DNA of 16,403 nucleotides from Escherichia coli (GTDB lineage Bacteria; Pseudomonadota; Gammaproteobacteria; Enterobacterales; Enterobacteriaceae): NCBI RefSeq assembly GCF_048403405.1, contig NZ_CP183130.1; one strand, 5' to 3'. Shown piece by piece: positions 7,229 to 15,130 of this stretch (position 1 is its first letter; each line of letters starts with the position of its first letter). The notes under the pieces were generated by a model. It saw only the letters and a program-made list of their open reading frames with translations, ran no database searches and was not told where the DNA came from. The position numbers and the translations under genes were made by a program.

Positions 7229-8317
7229 TTATCTCGCGCAGTAATCACTGTCTTCATATCCCATCGTTTCGATGACCACTCTGGCCGTCTTTCCGTCAGG
7301 AGCCCTTGCTGTGACAATGAAATCCGGCAGTACATATTTCTTTTCACCATTAACATAAACTTCTGTATCAAACAGGGGCCTTTCCAGACTTAATTCCGGC
7401 GTACCTGGCTTTCTTTTAAGCCAGCTGGCCACATTCAGAAGAGCAGTGAGCGTGTTTCGTTCCAGTTTGCTGTCCACAGGAACCGGACATGTCAGTTGAT
7501 AAAGAGCATGAGCATACCCTTCACTGCAGATGATTCTGCCATCGGCACTCCGGCAAAAAGCAAGAATAACCCAGTAAGGGGGACGTATTCCGCCCTGCGC
7601 TTCACCATTAATACTGATCCCCCGCACAGGTCTGAAGACCTGAATATTACCGTTCGCCCAGTGAATTTCCACAGCATCACGACAGATGTGCTGCGCCATA
7701 AAAATCTGAAAGAACATATGTTTTCTTCTGGCAGGCCAGTGTCGTTCTGAATTCTCCAGCGTTTCCATTAACCGCTCCTGAGACCTTTCAGACATTCCTG
7801 GCCGGAAATGGATAATTTCAGATAAGGATCTTCCCCGAATATACTCCTGCTGTAGTGTAACCTGCCGTATGGCATCAAGACACTCACGATAATTAGTCCG
7901 GATACGGGGATTAGCCAGGGAATCCAGTTTATTCAGCCCTGCATCTTCAATAAGCGACAGGAGTAAACGGCCAAGGCGCGGACGTTTCTTGCGAACGGAG
8001 GAGCGCTCACCATTATGGTAAGCAGAGCGGGTCTGCAGTCTGATAACAGAATTACTGTCATCAGGTGGTAAAAAGTTTCTGTAATTTATACGGGTGCTAA
8101 CGGGATGCCGGCTTGCTCCGAAGGATGTTTCCTCTTCATTTCCTGATAACTGACGATACATGGGGCATTCAGGTGCATGCTCATGATTAAAACTGGACAG
8201 ATAAAGAGTACCCGTATTGTTTTTAAGAGCAGCAAAATTCATGGCCGGCGAATCTCCCGGAATACAGTCACACTGTAACCATGCATCATACTCACCGCAT
8301 TTCCCGGAGAAGATCAT
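7229..8317 (-). CDS. Uncharacterised 362-aa protein with an N-terminal Cys/His cluster and a C-terminal PD-(D/E)xK-like nuclease motif; possibly 3'-truncated
   Basis: Intact 362-aa ORF. N-terminus CGEYDAWLQCDC...HEHAPEC suggests metal binding. C-terminus YVLPDFIVTARAPDGKTARVVIETMGYED resembles the PD...(E/D)-x-DG core of restriction-endonuclease-fold proteins. Weak RBS. A second minus-strand ORF (7102..7371) overlaps the C-terminus in another frame. Confidence 0.55.
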   Translation of the reverse strand: MIFSGKCGEYDAWLQCDCIPGDSPAMNFAALKNNTGTLYLSSFNHEHAPECPMYRQLSGNEEETSFGASRHPVSTRINYRNFLPPDDSNSVIRLQTRSAYHNGERSSVRKKRPRLGRLLLSLIEDAGLNKLDSLANPRIRTNYRECLDAIRQVTLQQEYIRGRSLSEIIHFRPGMSERSQERLMETLENSERHWPARRKHMFFQIFMAQHICRDAVEIHWANGNIQVFRPVRGISINGEAQGGIRPPYWVILAFCRSADGRIICSEGYAHALYQLTCPVPVDSKLERNTLTALLNVASWLKRKPGTPELSLERPLFDTEVYVNGEKKYVLPDFIVTARAPDGKTARVVIETMGYEDSDYCAR

Positions 8318-8801
8318 TGGCCAGGTTATGTTGTGCCATGGTTGCTGGCTTTTTCAGTCCACAGACCGTCTTTACTGCAGTCTCTTCCTCACTGCTAAGC
8401 TCCCGAATCACTTTGCCCGGGATTCTTCTTTACAAGTATCATTGGCATAATGAAAGCACTCCTTATGTACATGCTTAAACAGTAAGTAAAATATACAAAG
8501 AACACACCATGAAACAAAGGCAGAGATGAACTGTGCGCCCCGATATCTTCTTCTGACATCCTTTCAAATGAATTTTTTTTATTTATATCATGACAACATT
8601 AACGTTAGAGAATATATCAACCATGTTTCGGTCAGGGTTCAGTCGAATATCAATTCGACTGTCACGCCATAACTGTTACCGCCTCGAGTATAAATATTCA
8701 GAGAACGGACTTATAAACCATGAAAAATCACCTGACGGAAAATTTACTAATTTATGGATTGTGATATTATTAAAGAGTAAAACCAGCCAGCCGAGGTATT
8801 T

Positions 8802-9405
8802 ATGGAAAAAAATCAGGAAGAAAGGAAAATCCCCGTCATTGTAGTGAAAAAACGTCGTACCTTTTCGTTACCTTCCTTATCCGAAAAAACAGATATTATC
8901 GAATCTGCATTTACTGAACAGGCAGCAGAATCAGCCCCCGTCGGAATAAATTCATCTGCCGTCGAAAACACATATCCCCGAAGCACCAGCCAGGAAGAAG
9001 AAAAAGAAAAAACGCCGTTTCCCACGTCCCTCCCACTGGACCAGAGAGTATACTCACGAGTGCGTGGAAAAAATAAAGATCCTGTTTCCTCATCTTCGTG
9101 CTGAAGGTGGTGGATTTATTCCCCTGAAAATTGGCATAAACAATGATATTTCAGCATTTCTGGCAGAACACCCGGAGACAGAACTGACCATGGACGAATG
9201 GCTCTGTGCAGTGTCCTGCATCACCTCACGCCGTGTATATCTGCAGCGGACAGCTGTCGCCGGCGTCCCACGTTATGGTCTGGATGGTCACCCCAAAGGG
9301 CAGGTCTCAGAATCTGAAGCACAGAGTGCCGGTCGCAGACTGGTGACATTAGAACAAAAGTTGCTCAGGATGCAGGCACAGCAGGAGAATATTTCTGGGC
9401 AATAA
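8802..9405 (+). pseudogene. FinO/ProQ-family RNA chaperone gene, apparently frameshifted in an A-run (or an indel error)
   Basis: Frame-0 ORF 8802..9104 (GAGG RBS; N-terminus RKIPVIVVKKRRT resembles the basic FinO N-terminus). Frame-1 ORF is open from 8950 to 9405 and contains FPHLRAEGGGFIPLKIGINNDISAFLAEHPE ... GLDGHPKG, matching the ProQ/FinO domain (ProQ: FPHCF...RPLKIGI...DLDGNPCG). The frames overlap across A5/A6 runs at 9001-9012. Confidence 0.65.
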
Positions 9406-9460
9406 ACACTCCTGATAACAGCTGGACATTACGTATCAGAAAAATGGGAAGAGAATTATT

Positions 9461-9970
9461 ATGAGTAAATCAGGTGCAGAAAAAATTCAATTCATCCTGA
9501 ATAATCATGAACAGGCATACAGACGCCTGAAGCCTGTATATACTTTTTTAGAACTGGCATCTTGGATTTCGGTTGTTCTGCTGATTATATACCTATCAGG
9601 CAAGAATCACGTGCTTACAGCAGCTTTTCTCTGCTTTGCATGGACAGCATTCTGGGTTCTTTTCCTTTTACATTATTTCCCAAAAGTTTTCTCTATTCTC
9701 GATCGTCAGAGTCTGCTCAACCTCATGGAGGCCACCAAAGACTCACCAGATGTAAAGCAGGAGCTGCTTAACCGCCTTTTTTCCGGAAAAAGAATGACCG
9801 GGCGGGATGAAATGGATATCTGCCGTCTTCTGAGAAAAAATGAAGAAGAAAAAATCCGTCAGAGTGAACTGAATATCATCAGGAATTTTATTGATGAACA
9901 GCAGTTAACGAATAGTGATATTCCGAAGAAAAGTACGGTCCCAAATGAAGATAAAAAAGGCATAAGATGA
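9461..9970 (+). CDS. Hypothetical small inner-membrane protein (two predicted TM helices, charged C-terminal tail)
   Basis: 169-aa ORF with RBS; hydrophobic segments LASWISVVLLIIYLSG and LTAAFLCFAWTAFWVLFLLHYF; K/E-rich C-terminus. No family recognised. Confidence 0.55.
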   Translation: MSKSGAEKIQFILNNHEQAYRRLKPVYTFLELASWISVVLLIIYLSGKNHVLTAAFLCFAWTAFWVLFLLHYFPKVFSILDRQSLLNLMEATKDSPDVKQELLNRLFSGKRMTGRDEMDICRLLRKNEEEKIRQSELNIIRNFIDEQQLTNSDIPKKSTVPNEDKKGIR

Positions 9971-10482
9971 TATGAAATTAATAACCAGGCAAGCAGAGGA
10001 TGGCGTGGTTTCATCCTAAGATTGATAGGGGTTAACCTGTAAGATAAAAGGACCGTGTTTACACGACGTCTCTGAAGGGCTTCGTTTGGGAAACGGACAA
10101 TATCTAACTGACGAGGAAATTAAATAAGGGTTTAAAAATTAACGCACCATATATTATACACAGTATATAACGATTCAGATATCGTCACCAGGATATGCCG
10201 CGTCAGCGGCATGGAAGGCGGCACTCTGTTGTTGCATATGACACAGGAGTAAAACCGCCGAAGCCCGGCGTAAGCCGGTACGGACTGATAGATTTCACCT
10301 TACCCATCCCCAGCCCTGCCAGACCATACCCGTTTTCAGCCATGAGAGAGCTTCTGTGCGCGGTCGGAGTGGTCCCGACGAGGGTTTACCCGAAGTCGGG
10401 GCGTATCTCCGCGTTAGCGGGCCGTCAGGGCCGCTTACGAGCGTGTACGGAGGACTTCCAGCCAGAAGACTGGCAGCGATGA

Positions 10483-10952
10483 TAATGTAGTTACAACATT
10501 CATAATTAAAAGCGATGTTGTTCCCGCCCTTTGGGCGGGGGCGGCCTCGCTTTTCAGTTATGAGGGGTAGGCACGGTGCTGCGTTTGTGCGGTGTTTTTA
10601 TTCCTGATGTCTTTTTGTTGTGGTTTCAGAACGGTGAGGTTCGGGGCCCGCGCGTCAGCGTGGGAGGTGCTTTTAGATTCTGAGCGGCGCGGCCTTGGCC
10701 GCTGCAAGCGAAGGCCTCTCTGTATTTGTTCACAGTGGTTTCAGAGATAAAGACTTTCCCTGCGGCGAAGCAACGCAGGGGATTAAATAATGGGGGTAGG
10801 ACTATATTGCAGGTTTGCTGTTTCAGGTTTGCAGCTTTTTAAAGTTCTTTGTTTGCGGATTTATGTGGATAACTGAAACAACGTGGCCATGTTCTGATGA
10901 CTGATACGTGGTTTTATGGACAGATATGCCCCTCTGAGGGGATTTAAGGTGA
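10483..10952. other. Putative replication origin/CIS region downstream of repA (GC-rich hairpins, DnaA box, AT-rich segment)
   Basis: Non-coding region immediately 3' of repA on the minus strand. Hairpins include CCCGCCC-TTT-GGGCGGG (about 10522-10540), GCGGCC-TT-GGCCGC, and CCCTGCG-GCGAAGCAA-CGCAGGG carrying a GCGAAGC mini-hairpin motif. IncFII-family replicons place ori downstream of repA. Confidence 0.5.
10864..10872. promoter_or_regulatory. Perfect DnaA box (TGTGGATAA) in the putative origin
   Basis: Exact 9-mer about 80 bp downstream of the repA stop, embedded in AT-rich sequence. Confidence 0.5.
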
Positions 10953-12071
10953 TTACTGCAGATTTTGGGCTGAGCGGAACCAGCGCCGAAAGCCCCGGAG
11001 GGGCTGGCGATGATTCAGTGCTGAAGGAATGGTGCTGTCTGAGTGCGGCGGTGGCGCAGCCAGCGTCAGTTCAAGCTGACGCAACTCCCTGATGGCCAGT
11101 CGCTTCAGATGGTCATCGGAACAAAAATAGGCTTCATCCGGCGGCAGACGCTTCCGGAGATACTCAGCCATCTCATAAATCTGCTGGTCAACAGGTAATT
11201 TCTTCAGGCGGTTGGCACGCTTGCTGGCTGCGGCTTTTTCTCGGCGCTTCTTCAGGGCATCCTGGCTGCGCTGCAGATACCAGCGTTTTCTGGCCGCATG
11301 AACGGAGATATCTTCATCCTCACGCAGAACACCTTCCCGAATGAGCTGCTGGCGGATTTCACTTTCACGCAGTCGTTTCTGCTGCTGTTCGTGAAGTTTT
11401 ACCATGTCGACGCCCAGCATCTGCCAGCCTGCCGGTGTTATCCAGACGTAACGTGGCAGACGCTGACGATGTTCACGGTCCCACATTGTTTCCTCTGACA
11501 CCCCCAGCACACCAAAGCGCACCTGTTCGGCCAGCAGACGGGAAAGACGGGAGACCGTCACTTCCAGTTCCGGAATAACATGTCCCTCGCTGTCTTTCGG
11601 GCTGATTTCTTCAGCCAGCCGAGTGACGCTCATCCCCACGGTATGTGTGCCGGCATCACTGAAGCTGACCAGAACCGGCCAGATGGCATCGAGGAGACGT
11701 TGTTTTTCCGGCCGGAAAGCGTATTTGCGACCGACGAACGTCCGTTTCTGTACATAAAAAGGATGCCGCGACATGCGCATGCGCAGGCTCTGCTCGCCGG
11801 TCACCGGGTCCTTTTTCACCAGACGGTTATAGGCGTGCCCGAGCTGCCCTTTCAGCGCTTTATAGCGCTCAGGACGATACCAGGACGGATTTTCGCATTT
11901 GGGTTTGGTGGAGTGCTCACCGCGACGGCGCTTCGTGCGCTTCCTTTCCGGTTCAACCAGGAAAGTGGTCGCCCTTCCCGCTTCATAGTCTTCCCAGAAA
12001 CGGATCTGCTCTTCGGGTGCTAACTGACTCCAGTGTACTGCGTTATATGAAGTATTCTTCAGACCTGCCAC
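10953..12071 (-). CDS. repA: RepA replication initiator, IncFII/IncI/IncB RepA family (start uncertain: GTG at 12071 or GTG at 12116)
   Basis: Long ORF (387 aa from the upstream GTG at 12116; 372 aa from the GTG at 12071). Central segment LLDAIWPVLVSFSDAGTHTVGMSVTRLAEEIS parallels R100 RepA1 (AIDALLQGLCFHYDPLANRVQCSITTLAIECGL). The 12071 start is favoured because the leader-peptide ORF stops 10 nt downstream of it and a CGCC element lies just upstream. Confidence 0.8.
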   Translation of the reverse strand: MAGLKNTSYNAVHWSQLAPEEQIRFWEDYEAGRATTFLVEPERKRTKRRRGEHSTKPKCENPSWYRPERYKALKGQLGHAYNRLVKKDPVTGEQSLRMRMSRHPFYVQKRTFVGRKYAFRPEKQRLLDAIWPVLVSFSDAGTHTVGMSVTRLAEEISPKDSEGHVIPELEVTVSRLSRLLAEQVRFGVLGVSEETMWDREHRQRLPRYVWITPAGWQMLGVDMVKLHEQQQKRLRESEIRQQLIREGVLREDEDISVHAARKRWYLQRSQDALKKRREKAAASKRANRLKKLPVDQQIYEMAEYLRKRLPPDEAYFCSDDHLKRLAIRELRQLELTLAAPPPHSDSTIPSALNHRQPLRGFRRWFRSAQNLQ

Positions 12072-12148
12072 AAGCTGTCGCTTATGGCGGAGCGATTGTG
12101 CCGTGTATTTATACACTGCACAGGGTTGAATCTCTGGTACGGTTTCAT
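12059..12148 (-). CDS. Putative 29-aa leader peptide (RepY/RepB-like) translationally coupled to repA
   Basis: ATG at 12148 to TGA at 12059-12061 encodes MKPYQRFNPVQCINTRHNRSAISDSLWQV. It overlaps the repA start region, consistent with leader-peptide coupling described for IncI/IncB replicons. Weak RBS; inferred from position only. Confidence 0.4.
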   Translation of the reverse strand: MKPYQRFNPVQCINTRHNRSAISDSLWQV

Positions 12149-12161
12149 ATATACTTATCCC

Positions 12162-12232
12162 GTATTCTGTGAGGCCCCCATTATTTTTCTGCGTTCCGCC
12201 AAGTTCGAGGAAAAATAGTGGGGGTTTTCCTT
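12162..12232 (+). ncRNA. Putative antisense copy-control RNA (Inc RNA/RNAI-like): long hairpin plus U-run antisense to the repA leader
   Basis: 15-bp stem CCCCCATTATTTTTC (12175-12189) / GAAAAATAGTGGGGG (12210-12224) with a 20-nt loop, followed by TTTTCCTTT. Candidate promoter TTGAAT (12126-12131) and TATACT (12150-12155). On the repA mRNA strand the loop reads ...UUGGCGG..., and a CGCC element lies upstream of the repA GTG (plus 12086-12089), matching the GGCG/CGCC pseudoknot logic of IncI/IncB control. Ends approximate. Confidence 0.5.
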
Positions 12233-12837
12233 TATGGTCTTCTGAAACTTTTTTCAGCCTTCCGGCACCGGCAAACTGCCGTCGTTTCTGCCATACGTCC
12301 TGAATGCCTTATGGCGCATTCTGCCGTTTTCTGGCTTTCCGGACCGCGAGGATCCCAAAAGCCACTGAATAACGATCCGCAATATACCCCTTTTCCACCG
12401 CTTTGAAAAGCCGACACGATTTCTCAGAGTTACAGTTGCCCTCTTTAACCCCCTAAAAAGCGTCGTTTTTTTGAACTCTGTCAAAAAAATGAACAATTTC
12501 AGCAAACGATCTTTTATGCTGCTTTTTTCTTCTTTTCCAGTAGAAGAGATCGCCGAATTTTTTTAAACGATCTAATATCCCGCACACAACATCAAATACA
12601 GAATAATATTCTGTCTTATCAAATATAACGATCTATTCAACTGCTTATCTTCGCTCTTGCCACAGATACATCCTTATGTGATATATTTTCCAGCCATTAA
12701 TCCTGTTTGCAGGAGTTGTCGGTTTTCGCCCGCCTCGAAACCGTCCACAAGGCTTACAAGAGTGCGTAAATCATGTGCCTGTCAGAACTGCAGGCCAGGC
12801 TGAACGTGGGTCAGCCGCTGTTTCCGACACATGCTTT

Positions 12838-13413
12838 ATGTATTCGCCGTTCACAACAACATCGAAGCCCCCTGCGGGGATCGATTTTCGCGGAGCGTTC
12901 CGGATTTTGAATATCAGTGAATTACATCAACGCAACTGGTATCTGGCACAGTACATCCCTGCCGGCAAAAACCGCGAACATCTCTTTTCCTGGCTTTCCG
13001 AACAACACGTCCTTCCCTGGACACCCCTGATACTGAAAAAGGTCCGCCGCACGGATAAAGTCTGTGGTTACCGTCGACATATACACGCCGTGTTTCCCGG
13101 TTACTTTTTCCTGAAAGCAGACCCCGAAAGCCACAGCTTCACTCACCTTCGCCGTCACAGTGCCTTTCTGGACTTCGTGAAAATGGCCGGTGAAATCAAA
13201 ACCGTCAGGGAGGATATCGTTCAGTCTTTGATGAAAGTGTACCCGGATCCTGCGCTCAATCCGGCAGCCAGGGAGGAGCTGGATGCTGCCTCCACCCTCT
13301 GGCTGACAAAAGCGCGTTACCAGTACCTCCTCCGGCTTGATGCACAGCCTCTGCCGGAGTCGAGGATCGCCCTGCTCCTGCACCTGGTATCTGATGACGG
13401 AGCGTTGACATGA
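12838..13413 (+). CDS. NusG/RfaH-family paralog (plasmid ActX/TraB-like transcription antiterminator); start uncertain
   Basis: ORF 12775..13413 (GTG, no RBS). The NGN-like region starts at NWYLAQY (about aa 54 of the long ORF), and FPGYFFLKADPESHSFTHLRRHSAFLDFV parallels NusG FPGYVLVQM...HLVRSVPRVMGF. Likely starts are ATG 12838 or TTG 12907 (GGAG upstream; would give ~168 aa, similar to RfaH). Confidence 0.7.
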   Translation: MYSPFTTTSKPPAGIDFRGAFRILNISELHQRNWYLAQYIPAGKNREHLFSWLSEQHVLPWTPLILKKVRRTDKVCGYRRHIHAVFPGYFFLKADPESHSFTHLRRHSAFLDFVKMAGEIKTVREDIVQSLMKVYPDPALNPAAREELDAASTLWLTKARYQYLLRLDAQPLPESRIALLLHLVSDDGALT

Positions 13414-13442
13414 AAATTGCTGTCTTAATTTGACTGACTTTT

Positions 13443-13469
13443 CCCGGCCTTTATGGCCGGGATTTTTTT
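13443..13469 (+). terminator. Intrinsic terminator immediately downstream of the NusG-paralog gene
   Basis: CCCGGCC-TTTAT-GGCCGGG perfect 7-bp stem (13443-13461) followed by ATTTTTTT (13462-13469). Confidence 0.65.
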
Positions 13470-13486
13470 CCCTTCTGTTTCCACAA

Positions 13487-13542
13487 TGCCCGGCACCGGT
13501 GACACCTGAGGGTGTACGGAGAGCGGCTGTCGGGCATTTTTT
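13487..13542 (+). terminator. Second terminator/attenuator-like structure directly before the RBS of the next gene
   Basis: TGCCCG (13487-13492) pairs with CGGGCA (13531-13536), followed by TTTTTT (13537-13542). The 38-nt interior contains palindromes CACCGGTG and ACACC...GGTGT. Weaker than the first hairpin. Confidence 0.4.
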
Positions 13543-13554
13543 CAGGACGCCTTT

Positions 13555-14217
13555 ATGACCATTCTATCCCAGGAAAACCCTGTCATTCTGTTACTGGAGA
13601 ATATGCTCGAAGCACTCTCCACCGCCCCGGACAACATAAACAACGAACGGCGTCGCCGGCGTTACCTGCTGAACTGGCTTGACACTGCCCGTCAGATGCG
13701 CGAGTTCAGAGGAATGGCTGAAGAGTTCACTACCCTGCGAAAACTGCTGGCCACCAATTCAGACATACCGGTAGCAAACACCCTGAAATCACTGCTGGAA
13801 AGTGGCAATAACGCAGCATTATACGACCTGTACCGCTTCCGCTCGGCTCTTGCCACGTGCAGGAGTCTGGGATGGCAGATTGGCACGTGCGCATGGAATG
13901 ACCAGTTACTGAGTGAGACACTTTCCCGCGCACAGACCGGGAAACGTCATATCCTGCAGCTGAACAGCACCGGGGACACCTTTTCCACCACGGGCAGAAT
14001 GATCAGACCGGTGGCATTTTCATTAATCCATCCGGCCACCATCAACACGTCTGAGGTTGAAGAGATATTCCGGGATGAAGGTTTTATGCTCGCACACGGG
14101 CGCGAATGCAGTCTGAACGGCAGCGGCAGAAATATGCTGTCACGCATTCTTCATGTGGGCCATTCAGGTTTAGCGGAAGAGGAATGGGGCATGGACAACA
14201 GTCTGCTTTTACACTGA
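13555..14217 (+). CDS. Hypothetical 220-aa protein downstream of the NusG paralog (possible transfer-region regulator by position)
   Basis: Intact ORF with AGGACG upstream of the ATG. No recognisable motifs. The guess at function is by position only. Confidence 0.55.
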   Translation: MTILSQENPVILLLENMLEALSTAPDNINNERRRRRYLLNWLDTARQMREFRGMAEEFTTLRKLLATNSDIPVANTLKSLLESGNNAALYDLYRFRSALATCRSLGWQIGTCAWNDQLLSETLSRAQTGKRHILQLNSTGDTFSTTGRMIRPVAFSLIHPATINTSEVEEIFRDEGFMLAHGRECSLNGSGRNMLSRILHVGHSGLAEEEWGMDNSLLLH

Positions 14218-14483
14218 AATACCGGGACAGCCACAACGGCAGCCACTCTCCGCTGACTTTTTTTCGCAAATCGCGGTTTGCTGATGTGGATGTCCCATTT
14301 TTGATTATCCGTCCTCTCCGGTTGTCATAAAGCGCATTCCGGCGTGAGGCTTCTGTTGTTATCATCCCCTCCTGCAGACATCCCCTTGTCTTCTGATGAC
14401 TGACGATATGCTTCTTCTGACAATTAAAGAAGCGGAAGCTTCACGCCATAATGTTGTTTGACTGACCTGCCACAGGAGGAAAA

Positions 14484-15104
14484 ATGACACTGACGTTACT
14501 TACCGCGTATAACGCACCCTATCTGGCAGCCCTGACTTTTGTTCTGCTTACTGGTATCGCTGAACTTATCGCCCTGCTCTGCGGACACTCCCTCTCTTCA
14601 GCTATGGATACACCTGATTTACCGGAGGGTCTGACAGGAGAGGCGCTGGACTGGCTGAACATCGGACGGATCCCCCTGCTGATCGTCCTCTGTATGCTGG
14701 CAGGTTTTTTTGGTATATCCGGCATTCTCCTGCAGGGTCTTATTATTCATCTGCTGCAGGCTCCTGCTCCGAACATTCTCCTTGCACCACTTTGCCTGCT
14801 GCTGACATGTCCTCTCGTACACCGCACCGGCAGACTGATTGCCCCCTGGTTACCCCGTGATGAAACAACGGCGCTCACCGAGGAGGCATTCATCGGCTGT
14901 ATGGCCACCATCACTGGTTATCACGCAGTGGCGGGTTCCCCCTGTGAAGGTCGCTTCACAGACCGCTTCGGGCAGGTTCATTACCTGTTGCTGGAGCCGG
15001 AGGCCGGGAAAGAATTCAGACGAGGAGACAAAGTGATTATTGTCTGCCGTCTTTCCGGTTCCCGCTGGCTGGGCGAACTGAATCCCTGGCCGGATGTTCT
15101 TTAA
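14484..15104 (+). CDS. yqiJ: YqiJ-like inner membrane protein (NfeD-type partner of an SPFH/flotillin protein)
   Basis: 206 aa with perfect AGGAGG RBS; multiple hydrophobic helices followed by a soluble C-terminal segment (RGDKVIIVCRLSGSRWLGE). Immediately upstream of a YqiK-like SPFH gene, the canonical operon arrangement. Confidence 0.75.
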   Translation: MTLTLLTAYNAPYLAALTFVLLTGIAELIALLCGHSLSSAMDTPDLPEGLTGEALDWLNIGRIPLLIVLCMLAGFFGISGILLQGLIIHLLQAPAPNILLAPLCLLLTCPLVHRTGRLIAPWLPRDETTALTEEAFIGCMATITGYHAVAGSPCEGRFTDRFGQVHYLLLEPEAGKEFRRGDKVIIVCRLSGSRWLGELNPWPDVL

Positions 15105-15130
15105 TCCCGACATATACAGAGGTTCTCACT

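Noticed and set aside
6958-7275. 105-aa plus-strand ORF
   Set aside because: Antisense to the C-terminus of the 362-aa gene, no RBS, composition unconvincing.
10195-10482. 95-aa plus-strand ORF in the GC-rich block
   Set aside because: No RBS, Arg/Pro/Gly-rich low-complexity translation typical of a GC-rich non-coding frame; treated as non-coding structured DNA.
11580-12023. 147-aa plus-strand ORF inside repA
   Set aside because: Antisense shadow ORF of the repA coding region.
12232-12505. 61-aa and 83-aa minus-strand ORFs upstream of repA (possible CopB-like repressor)
   Set aside because: Translations do not resemble CopB/RepA2 and lie across the region better explained by the antisense RNA hairpin and repA leader.
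14218-14483. Possible terminator or ops-like element in the leader of the yqiJ-like gene (T7 run near 14262)
   Set aside because: No convincing stem precedes the T-run and no ops-like motif found; left unannotated.
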